From NCBI GenBank assembly GCA_002869265.1, contig PKTH01000040.1, positions 5,120 to 69,119 on the forward strand: a DNA stretch of 64,000 bases, read 5' to 3'. Positions within the stretch are counted from its first letter, which is position 1; each line of letters begins with the position of its first letter. The stretch is from Candidatus Parcubacteria bacterium. GTDB taxonomy: Bacteria > Patescibacteriota > Patescibacteriia > Patescibacteriales > BM507. Both the position numbers and the translations under genes were made by a program. The notes below the pieces were generated by a model. That model was given only the letters and a program-made list of their open reading frames with translations. It was not told the DNA's origin and did no database searches. This document shows positions 17,172 through 24,865 of this stretch, one piece after another.

Positions 17172-18680
17172 ATGAAGAATGTTGTAATTGTGCCGATTGA
17201 CGGGAAACAAAGTGGGTCTGGTATTTTAGGCACAGTCCACAATTTACTACAGTGCGAAACTGCTCGCTCAATGATCAGTCATTTCAAGATCAATGATGGC
17301 GTCAATACTCCCGATATGTCTGGACCAATGCTGATTTCAAAGATAAAGGCAGTAATCAAAGCTGCTGAATCTAAGGCTGGGATTTTTCTCGATTTCAAAC
17401 TTGCTGACACATCGGATACCAACTGGAACACTGTTAAACATTTTGTTGACCAAGGACTCCCCCCTGATATTTTGACAGTCCGCGAATCCTTGAGTACTAG
17501 CGGTTTCCTGAAACTACGAACCATGCTTCCCGATACCAAGATTGCCCTGGTCAGCATACTCACTGACACACCAGAAGAAGAATGCCGACGCAGAAATGGT
17601 ATGTTCCCAGCGGTCAAGCTTCTTAATGACATAACGAACATCCAAGCAGAATATGAAAAACGTCGCAATGAAACAAGTCCCAAAAGAGCCTTCGATATGG
17701 TAGTTTGTTCGCCCCTGGAGCTTGATCTGCTTGTCCGGAACTTTCCCTATCAATACCAATACATTGTTCCTGGTATCAGGGATTCCTGGATGGCTGCCGG
17801 TCAACAGGCTCGCATCTCTGGCATCGCCGCCGCTCTCAACCATGGAGCCACATACTGCGTTGCTGGATCCCAAATGCTCAAAGGAGCTCCTAACGATGGA
17901 GTTTCTGCTGAAGAAAGTCGCAAACTCACTGCTCTCGAAATTGAAAAAGCCAATTACACTTTCATCTGCCCTGAAGACCCAATGAAGGTTCTACTGCATT
18001 GTGGTGGTAGCTATGAGTCCCCACTGGGCTCTATTGGGGAGATTCTCGGTCCCTTGGTTGGCTACGCAGGGAAATACGGTCTCGAAGGAAAAAACTTTGT
18101 GGGTTCAGTCTATTTCAACTTTGCGAAAGCCGAACAGAATCCAATCGCATTAGCCTTCTATGGTGCCTACTTGGCTAACGAAATTCGAGAATATTTTGAC
18201 GTTATCCCAGATGCAGTGGCTGGCATGGCAAATGGTGGTGTAAAACTGGCTGCAGCTGTTGCCAGGGAGCTTGGCTGTCGCGATGTTACGGCTTATAAAA
18301 AAGTGATTCAGCCCGCTGATGTGAAAGCTGGCAAAAAGGAAGAGTCGATTCTCGAGATAAATCGTCATGATGTTTATCCTGATGATACCATCATCATAAT
18401 AGAAGATGTCTGCAACAACTTCTCGACAACCGAAAAAGCGCAAAAGCTCATTGAAAGCCTCGATGCTCAACTGGTCGGTATCGCTTGTGCCATTAACCGA
18501 GACAACGAATGGTATTGGAAGGGCCTCCCGGTTATTTCAGCCTCACACAGACCAAGCCCTCAGTACAAACAAGAAGACCCTATTGTCTCAACATTAATCA
18601 AGCAAGGAAAGATTGTCTGGAAAGCAAAAGAGGGGTGGAGCAAACTTATGGAGGCCATGGAGGAAGCGAATCCCAAATAA
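17172..18680 (+). CDS. Fusion protein: N-terminal orotidine-5'-phosphate decarboxylase-like domain plus C-terminal type I phosphoribosyltransferase (OPRT-like) domain
   Basis: The N-terminal half matches PyrF motifs in order: IFLDFKLADTSDT (DxKxxD..T), LVSILTD, DMVVCSP, IVPGIR...AGQQARI. The C-terminal half has GMANGGVKLAAAVA and the PRPP loop TIIIIEDVCNNFSTTEKA. Confidence 0.8.
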   Translation: MKNVVIVPIDGKQSGSGILGTVHNLLQCETARSMISHFKINDGVNTPDMSGPMLISKIKAVIKAAESKAGIFLDFKLADTSDTNWNTVKHFVDQGLPPDILTVRESLSTSGFLKLRTMLPDTKIALVSILTDTPEEECRRRNGMFPAVKLLNDITNIQAEYEKRRNETSPKRAFDMVVCSPLELDLLVRNFPYQYQYIVPGIRDSWMAAGQQARISGIAAALNHGATYCVAGSQMLKGAPNDGVSAEESRKLTALEIEKANYTFICPEDPMKVLLHCGGSYESPLGSIGEILGPLVGYAGKYGLEGKNFVGSVYFNFAKAEQNPIALAFYGAYLANEIREYFDVIPDAVAGMANGGVKLAAAVARELGCRDVTAYKKVIQPADVKAGKKEESILEINRHDVYPDDTIIIIEDVCNNFSTTEKAQKLIESLDAQLVGIACAINRDNEWYWKGLPVISASHRPSPQYKQEDPIVSTLIKQGKIVWKAKEGWSKLMEAMEEANPK

Positions 18681-18700
18681 ACTGTTTGAAAAATAATAAA

Positions 18701-18727
18701 GGCGACTGATTTCAGTCGCCTTTTTTC
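18701..18727. terminator. Bidirectional terminator between convergent genes
   Basis: ggcgactg/cagtcgcc 8-bp hairpin with a T6 run after it and an A-rich run before it. Confidence 0.75.
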
Positions 18728-18733
18728 TTGTAT

Positions 18734-19156
18734 TTATTCCTCGCTCCCTTTATCAGGAGCATTATTGCTGTAATACATATTTAGAATATCGGTCCCAAGC
18801 TCTGGAGTGATATTAAAAAGTTTACACCAGTCCTTGATGCTTGGCTCATCCTCCATGATATGTTTTGCTTCAACCCGTTGAATCAGAAGACTCCTTCTCC
18901 CAGAAGATTCCTTCACCCTGTCCTTAACTACCTCCTTCATCATTTCCGCAAGAATATTGGCCGCAATAATTCGAAAGCCCAATGAAGACCGACAAAGAAG
19001 TTGACATCGCCCACCGCCTACCATGAATTCATTCTTTCCGGCCACAAGCAACTCTCTCATAGAGAAAATCGATGCAGTTATGCTAACATTTTCAGAAAAC
19101 CTGTCTAAACCACCCTTAAGCACCTCAAAAAATTTATCTTCACTAAATTGAAGCAT
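18734..19156 (-). CDS. Hypothetical protein (~140 aa), translationally coupled to the upstream HD gene
   Basis: The AGGAGG SD overlaps the TAG stop of the upstream gene, 5 nt before the ATG at 19156. I recognise no family. Confidence 0.5.
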   Translation of the reverse strand: MLQFSEDKFFEVLKGGLDRFSENVSITASIFSMRELLVAGKNEFMVGGGRCQLLCRSSLGFRIIAANILAEMMKEVVKDRVKESSGRRSLLIQRVEAKHIMEDEPSIKDWCKLFNITPELGTDILNMYYSNNAPDKGSEE

Positions 19157-19165
19157 CTCCACCTC

Positions 19166-19756
19166 CTAGTACTCAAGTTCATTGAGTAATTCTTTGAGCA
19201 AATTGTTGGATAATAACTTTTCGACATACACATTGAATTCCGAAAGGTCTTTTTTGTGTAGTCCTGAATAGATATCAGCCTGAATGGCCATTTCTAGTTT
19301 TTCAACTTGATGAACAAATTTTGCTTCGACTGTTTCCTTTTGATCAAATTCCTCCCAAATCTCTATATACTTTTCACCTCCAGGGAGATCTTTGAAAAGA
19401 TCAATAACAGCTGCTTTCTCCATTCTATGTTTTTCTTCTTTTGAAATTCCGTCAAAGGGGGTAATATCTCCAGTCTTTATTTCTCCCATTTCATGAAAAA
19501 GGGACATTATCAAAATCTTTGAAACATCAAAGCCCAAGTCATAAACATCATTAATAAGAATAACAAGTATTGTCACAGAAAAAACATGATCAGCAACGCT
19601 TTCACATTCTTTTTCGTCGATGTGCCTTAGCCACCCTTGCCTGTAAAGACTTTTGAGAAAATTTATTTGATAAAAAACCTCCAAGATGATTTTAAGACCT
19701 TTGCCCTCTATCAGATCGTAAGGATTCGAATTCTTTACTTTCATTTTTTCTTGCAT
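19166..19756 (-). CDS. HD-domain phosphohydrolase, YfbR-like 5'-deoxynucleotidase family
   Basis: ESVADHVFSVTILV ... FHEMGEIKTGDITP match the YfbR-type HD motifs (H...HD...D with TGD). Confidence 0.7.
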   Translation of the reverse strand: MQEKMKVKNSNPYDLIEGKGLKIILEVFYQINFLKSLYRQGWLRHIDEKECESVADHVFSVTILVILINDVYDLGFDVSKILIMSLFHEMGEIKTGDITPFDGISKEEKHRMEKAAVIDLFKDLPGGEKYIEIWEEFDQKETVEAKFVHQVEKLEMAIQADIYSGLHKKDLSEFNVYVEKLLSNNLLKELLNELEY

Positions 19757-19830
19757 ATAACCTCCTATTTTTTAAAATATCAATTAGTGTTACCCCGAGC
19801 TTATATTATAAATACTCTTGTGTCAATTGC

Positions 19831-19858
19831 AAAAAAATACCGCAGATTTTCTCTGCGG
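19831..19858 (-). terminator. Orphan Rho-independent terminator with no annotated gene upstream
   Basis: ccgcag/ctgcgg hairpin (19840-19858) followed by a U7 run on the minus strand. It sits downstream of the tRNA-Tyr terminator and of the tRNA-fragment copy. Confidence 0.6.
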
Positions 19859-20050
19859 CACTACATTGTTCCCGATACTCTTTTATAGTCCGGCGGGTCT
19901 TTCTCCCATTTTGGTGCCAAAAAACAATGTGAAAACTCACAAACAATCTTAGACCTAAAATAAATGAAATCGCCAGAAAAACCCAGTAAGTACCCTTATT
20001 TTATTCTGTAATGCTACAAATAACAGCCATTTTGGCAGTCATTTTTTCTT

Positions 20051-20066
20051 GTGGGCCGAGCATGAT
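20051..20066 (-). repeat. 16-nt duplicate of the 3' end of tRNA-Tyr (att-core-like direct repeat)
   Basis: gtgggccgagcatgat at 20051-20066 is identical to 20216-20231 (T-stem 3' half plus acceptor 3' strand). Both copies are preceded by T-runs. Confidence 0.85.
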
Positions 20067-20181
20067 ACGTGCACCAATCGAAAACGTTTATATTATTTCC
20101 TTAAACTCCTGCTGCCAAGCTCCTTTCATGCAAACCTTAATCTATCTTCCATAAAGTTCTTTCAAGCTACAACTCAACCAT

Positions 20182-20206
20182 AAAAAAAACACAGCATAAG
20201 CTGTGT
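20182..20206 (-). terminator. Terminator directly after tRNA-Tyr
   Basis: acacagc/gctgtgt 7-bp hairpin followed by a U-run on the minus strand. Confidence 0.7.
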
Positions 20207-20213
20207 TTTTTTA

Positions 20214-20298
20214 TGGTGGGCCGAGCATGATTCGAACATGCGAAGGCGAAGCCAGCAGATTTACAGTCTGCCCTCGTTGACCGCTTGAGTATCGACCC
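20214..20298 (-). tRNA. tRNA-Tyr (anticodon GTA), long variable arm, CCA encoded
   Basis: The reverse complement folds as acceptor gggtcga/tcggccc, anticodon arm gcaga-cuGUAaa-tctgc, variable arm ggc-ttc-gcc, T arm gcatg-ttcgaat-catgc, then ACCA. 85 nt. Confidence 0.9.
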
Positions 20299-20315
20299 TA
20301 GGCTATCTAGACTTA

Positions 20316-20346
20316 AACAAAAAAATAATCTCAAATCTCTTTGAGA
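20316..20346 (-). terminator. Terminator after the glucan phosphorylase gene
   Basis: tctcaaa/tttgaga 7-bp hairpin followed by a U-rich run on the minus strand. Confidence 0.6.
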
Positions 20347-20402
20347 ATACCTTTTTGTATAAAACTAGAATATCACAATGTAAAAAACTTTTCAAGGCCT
20401 AC

Positions 20403-22061
20403 TTATACTTTCCAGATTTTAGTCATATATTCCTTATTCGCCCTATGAGTATTGAAAAAAGACACTAAAGAAATAGCATGTTTTACTTTCGTAGCCCATT
20501 CTTCCTTTCTATTATAATAACAATCTATTGCGTCTTCTAGATTTCTCATTAATTGAGCAAAATCTGAATCATCTCTATTTGGCATCTCTAGAAATTCACC
20601 AAATCCCCAGCCAGCTTTTACGTCTGCTCTATAAGCCTCTGACCACCAACCATCTGTTACTGACAAATTAAGAACACCGTTTAGAGCGGCTTTCATTCCG
20701 CTAGTCCCGCTAGCTTCGTGCCTAGGAATTGGTGTATTTAACCAAATATCACAACCAGCTACCAATTTTTTCGCAATCTCCAGATTATACATTGGTATAA
20801 AAACAATCTTGACTTGACCTCTAAGCTCATAGGCGTGCTGGGTTATCCTGTCAACTAATTCATTGCTATATTTATCACCTTCATATTCGTTACCAGCGAA
20901 TACTAGTTGCAGTTTTTTATAACCAATATTTCTAAGCTTGTTCACGTCTCTAAAAATCAAATCTGCTCTTTTGTATGGGACCATTCTTCTTGCAAATCCG
21001 ACCGTTAGAGTGTCTTTATCAAAAAGATCTTCCTTTTCTACATTCTCTAAAACAGAAAACATTTTGTCAGAATTTATCCACTTAACAAGATCTGCTTTTT
21101 CTTTCTTTCTGGCTGTCATTATCTTAGTATCACTTATGTTCATAACAACAGACTTTAGCCTTAGCGGGTCATGATGCCAGCCTTTTATCTCTCTATTAAA
21201 AAGTGCTTCCATATGTTTCCCTACCCACCTAGGATGATAGATGCCGTTTGTGACATTCTCAAAATCATATTCAGGAAACATCTCTTCGCAAACCTGTTCA
21301 TGGATCAAAGAAACTGAATTTACTTTTTTACTTGTGTTTAAGGCAAGCTCTGTCATGCCAAGCTTGTTTTCAGTTCCCAATTCCTTAATATTCATCGGTA
21401 GGTGTTTTCCGATGGTATTGTAAACTAGTTTATAGTTAAAATAATCATGACCAGCATCAACTGGAGTGTGTGTAGTAAAAGTGGTAATCTTTTTTACCTT
21501 GTTAACATCATAATCATTAAGCTTTAAATTTTCTAAGGCACTTAGAGCAGCGTGCCCTTCGTTTAGGTGATGGCAAGCAACATCAACTCCAAGCTCTCTT
21601 AGAGCCCTGGTCCCGCCAATACCTAGAATAGTTTCCTGACATAATCTTGTGTATGCATCTGATGAATAAAGATGCCTAGTAATATCTCTATCCCATGAAG
21701 GGTTTTTATCAGAATAAGTACTCAAAAAATAAACAGGGACAATATGCCCGCTTCTGCCCTTTATATCCATTTGCCAAATTACAACCTCCACTTCTCTGTC
21801 TTCTATTTCTACTTTTATGGTCTTTTTAAGTTTCTTCATTAACTTATTTGGCTTGAATGCTTTCTGAGGGTTGTCGTCTCTGTGGTAAATCAAAGAAACT
21901 CCAACCATATCCAATTCAAGGTCAGCTGCAGAGAGTATCATGTCGGCTGAAAGGACCCCTAGTCCACCTGCATAATTTTGTAGTTTGTCATCAAAGGCAA
22001 ACTCCATAGAGAAGTAAGCCACTTTCTTGTTATCTTTTTTCATTTCATTTTTATTATGCAT
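20403..22061 (-). CDS. glgP: Alpha-glucan phosphorylase (GT35, short archaeal/maltodextrin-phosphorylase-like type)
   Basis: N-terminal VAYFSMEFA...YAGGLGVLSADM and the PLP-lysine motif EASGTSGMKAALNG. Confidence 0.9.
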   Translation of the reverse strand: MHNKNEMKKDNKKVAYFSMEFAFDDKLQNYAGGLGVLSADMILSAADLELDMVGVSLIYHRDDNPQKAFKPNKLMKKLKKTIKVEIEDREVEVVIWQMDIKGRSGHIVPVYFLSTYSDKNPSWDRDITRHLYSSDAYTRLCQETILGIGGTRALRELGVDVACHHLNEGHAALSALENLKLNDYDVNKVKKITTFTTHTPVDAGHDYFNYKLVYNTIGKHLPMNIKELGTENKLGMTELALNTSKKVNSVSLIHEQVCEEMFPEYDFENVTNGIYHPRWVGKHMEALFNREIKGWHHDPLRLKSVVMNISDTKIMTARKKEKADLVKWINSDKMFSVLENVEKEDLFDKDTLTVGFARRMVPYKRADLIFRDVNKLRNIGYKKLQLVFAGNEYEGDKYSNELVDRITQHAYELRGQVKIVFIPMYNLEIAKKLVAGCDIWLNTPIPRHEASGTSGMKAALNGVLNLSVTDGWWSEAYRADVKAGWGFGEFLEMPNRDDSDFAQLMRNLEDAIDCYYNRKEEWATKVKHAISLVSFFNTHRANKEYMTKIWKV

Positions 22062-22149
22062 TTATTATAACATATTTTAATAAATTTAAAAAACATTAAA
22101 ACATTAAAAAATAATTAAAATATGTCCCTAAACACAGCTTTTAAAGTGT

Positions 22150-22178
22150 TTGTATTTGAACATCAAATATTGTATAAT
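22150..22178 (+). promoter_or_regulatory. Extended -10 promoter for the glycogen-synthase-like operon
   Basis: TTGTAT (22150-22155), 17-nt spacer including TG, TATAAT (22173-22178). It lies inside the artificial N-terminal extension of the track ORF. Confidence 0.55.
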
Positions 22179-22223
22179 ATAGGTAATTATCAACAGGTAC
22201 TCTTGTACCTAATTTACCCCCCC

Positions 22224-23495
22224 ATGCAAACACAAAAACCACGAGTTTTAATGTTTGGTTGGGAATTCCCACCCTACAACAGCGGAGGCTTGGGAGTTGC
22301 CTGCTATGGACTAACTCGCTCACTAGTCAAAGAAGGAGCTGATGTTTGTTTTGTTCTTCCAAAGAATCTTGGTAATCCACACAGATTCTTGGATATGAGA
22401 TTTGCTGACAATACAGATTTTTCTTCATTATATGATCAAATGACCGTCAAGGAACTTGAGGTTTTTTTGTACCCATATTTAAATGAAGAAACCTATCATT
22501 CAAAAGAAGAGTTACTTAAAATTCTTCGTGAAAAAGGCTACGCCCCTTATGCTAGTGATCTGTACTCCGAAGTTCTAAGATATGGAGCCCTATCAAGAGA
22601 AATAGCTAAAACAGAAAAGCACGATGTTATCCATGCTCACGACTGGCTCTCTTTCCCTGCCGGGATCGAAGCTAAAAAAGTTTCAGGCAAGCCTTTAATC
22701 ACTCATGTTCATGCAACAGAGTTTGACCGAACGGGGCACCAAGGAACCAACCAAAAAATTGCTGATATTGAATATGCGGGTCTCCAGGCAGCCGACAAGG
22801 TTGTTGCTGTAAGCCAACTTACAAAAAACACTATAACAAAAAAATACGGAATTAATGAGGCTAAGGTTGAGGTAGTCCACAATGGAATCGACGAGGACTA
22901 TTACAAACAAAAGGTAATTCTAGATAACAAACTAGCGAACCTAAAAAGAGATGGTTCAAAGGTCGTTTTATTCCTAGGAAGAATAACCATCCAGAAAGGG
23001 CCAGATTATTTTATCAGAATGGCTAAAAAAGTTCTTGAACACGAGCCAAAGGTTTACTTCCTCGTGGCTGGTTCTGGCGATATGGAAAAATACATAATGC
23101 GCCAAGCAGCTGAGCTTAAAATATCTGATCGAGTCTTATTTATCGGCTGGCTAAAAGGAGATGACCAAGCCCATGCCTACCAAATATCCGACCTTTTCGT
23201 TATGCCATCTGTGTCAGAGCCTTTTGGATTAGTTCCACTTGAAGCCATGATAAACAACACCCCTGTCCTTATATCAAAACAATCTGGAGTAGCCGAAGTA
23301 ACCCGCAATGTTTTAAAGGCAGATTTCTGGGATACCGACGAAATGGCAAATAAAATACTCTCAGTACTGGCCTACTCTAGTCTTAATAGCCAACTTATAA
23401 ACTATGGTCGCGAAGAAGTAAAAAATATTAATTGGGGCAAAGCGGCTCGTAAGTGTCTAGGTATTTATAATAAAATGATTCTTAACCCAACATAA
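22224..23495 (+). CDS. Glycogen/starch synthase-like retaining glycosyltransferase (GT-B)
   Basis: MQTQKPRVLMFGWEFPPYNSGGLGVACYGL has the N-terminal Gly-rich motif. The C-terminal EPFGLVPLEAM motif is present. I prefer the start at 22224 over the track start at 22122. Confidence 0.8.
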   Translation: MQTQKPRVLMFGWEFPPYNSGGLGVACYGLTRSLVKEGADVCFVLPKNLGNPHRFLDMRFADNTDFSSLYDQMTVKELEVFLYPYLNEETYHSKEELLKILREKGYAPYASDLYSEVLRYGALSREIAKTEKHDVIHAHDWLSFPAGIEAKKVSGKPLITHVHATEFDRTGHQGTNQKIADIEYAGLQAADKVVAVSQLTKNTITKKYGINEAKVEVVHNGIDEDYYKQKVILDNKLANLKRDGSKVVLFLGRITIQKGPDYFIRMAKKVLEHEPKVYFLVAGSGDMEKYIMRQAAELKISDRVLFIGWLKGDDQAHAYQISDLFVMPSVSEPFGLVPLEAMINNTPVLISKQSGVAEVTRNVLKADFWDTDEMANKILSVLAYSSLNSQLINYGREEVKNINWGKAARKCLGIYNKMILNPT

Positions 23496-23496
23496 T

Positions 23497-24864
23497 ATGT
23501 CATCTATTTGTTTTTATTTTCAAGTTCATCAACCATTGCGTATTAAAAAATACAAAGTTTTTGACGTTGGGAATGATCCCGAATATTTTAATGATGCCGG
23601 TGACAACCTTACAAACAACAGGATGATAATGGAAAAAGTAGCAAATAAGTCCTACCTACCCACCAACAAACTTTTACTTGAACTTTTAAATAGACATCCT
23701 GAGTTTAGAATTAGCTTTTCTCTTTCTGGAATATTCTTAGAGCAAATTGAAAATGATTTCCCTGAGGTCCTCAAGTCCTTTCAAGACCTTGTAAAAACTG
23801 GGAGAGCAGAAATATTGTCCGAGACATACTACCATTCCCTTTCTTTTATCTACTCAAGAGAAGAATTCCGCAAGCAGGTTGAAATGCATAGAAAAAAGGT
23901 AAAGAAACTTTTTGGGGTGACCACAGAGGTTTTTAGAAATACGGAACTTATATTCAACAATGAAGTAGCGCAAGAAGCCGAACGCATGGGCTACAAAGGT
24001 GTTATAGCAGAGGGCGCTGATCATATACTAGGTTGGCGTAGTCCAAACTTTGTTTATAAATCACCTGGGGCCAAAAATATTAAACTACTTCTGAAAAATT
24101 ATAAACTCTCGGATGATATTGCTTTTCGTTTTTCTGAGAAAGGGTGGGAGGCTCATCCACTAATGGCAGATACATTTTCCTCCTGGGTTTCCGCTCACAA
24201 CGGCAATGGTGATTTGATCAACTTATTTATGGACTACGAAACCTTTGGAGAACATCAATGGGAAGACAGTGGCATCTTTGGTTTTCTTGAAAAACTACCT
24301 GAAGAAGTCCTTAAACACCCGGACAACAATTTCGTAACACCAAGTGAGGCCATAGATAGATATAACGATTTGGGAGAAATAGACTTTCCTCATTTTGTTT
24401 CATGGGCTGATGAAGAAAGAGACCTTTCAGCTTGGCGCTCCAACGACCTCCAAGAAGACGCCTTGGCTAAAATATACTCCCTTGAAGAGCCAGTTCTAAG
24501 AACTAAAGACAAGGGGCTAATAGAAACATGGAGACGACTACAAACATCGGATCATTTTTATTATATGTGTACTAAGTTTTTTAACGACGGTGATGTTCAT
24601 AAATACTTCAGTCCCTATGAGTCTCCCTACGACGCTTTCATTAACTTTATGAATGCATTAAATGATTTGAAAATAAGAATAAATGAAAAACTTGGAACAA
24701 TAAAACCAAAGAAAAGAGGAAGACCAAAAAAAGAGATAGATAGCGTAATTGAAAAAGATGATCACTATCATAATCCTAATTTGATAATTGAATTAAACAA
24801 AAAAAAGAAGCATATTATTGATTTACGGAAAGAAGGAAAATTAAAAAAAATAAAACAACAATAA
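23497..24864 (+). CDS. Glycoside hydrolase family 57 (alpha-amylase / glucanotransferase-like) with a Lys-rich tail containing an AT-hook-like KKRGRPKK
   Basis: FYFQVHQPLR..., MDYETFGEHQWE and YYMCTKF are typical of GH57. The tail is KPKKRGRPKKE...KKKKHIIDLRKEGKLKKIKQQ. Confidence 0.8.
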   Translation: MSSICFYFQVHQPLRIKKYKVFDVGNDPEYFNDAGDNLTNNRMIMEKVANKSYLPTNKLLLELLNRHPEFRISFSLSGIFLEQIENDFPEVLKSFQDLVKTGRAEILSETYYHSLSFIYSREEFRKQVEMHRKKVKKLFGVTTEVFRNTELIFNNEVAQEAERMGYKGVIAEGADHILGWRSPNFVYKSPGAKNIKLLLKNYKLSDDIAFRFSEKGWEAHPLMADTFSSWVSAHNGNGDLINLFMDYETFGEHQWEDSGIFGFLEKLPEEVLKHPDNNFVTPSEAIDRYNDLGEIDFPHFVSWADEERDLSAWRSNDLQEDALAKIYSLEEPVLRTKDKGLIETWRRLQTSDHFYYMCTKFFNDGDVHKYFSPYESPYDAFINFMNALNDLKIRINEKLGTIKPKKRGRPKKEIDSVIEKDDHYHNPNLIIELNKKKKHIIDLRKEGKLKKIKQQ

Positions 24865-24865
24865 C

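Noticed and set aside
17279-18709. Antisense and out-of-frame ORFs within the OMPDC-PRTase gene (17279-17683 -, 17514-17873 -, 18150-18470 - and others)
   Set aside because: They overlap a frame with ordered PyrF and PRTase motifs, promoter, SD and terminator; none has its own signals.
19859-20181. Short ORFs (13-20 codons) in the gene-free stretch downstream of tRNA-Tyr
   Set aside because: None has an SD or exceeds 20 codons. The interval is reported as possible non-coding or att-remnant sequence instead.
22122-22223. N-terminal 34-codon extension of the glycosyltransferase ORF
   Set aside because: The extension contains the TTGTAT-17-TGnTATAAT promoter and is not conserved-looking. The conserved GT N-terminus begins right after the ATG at 22224.
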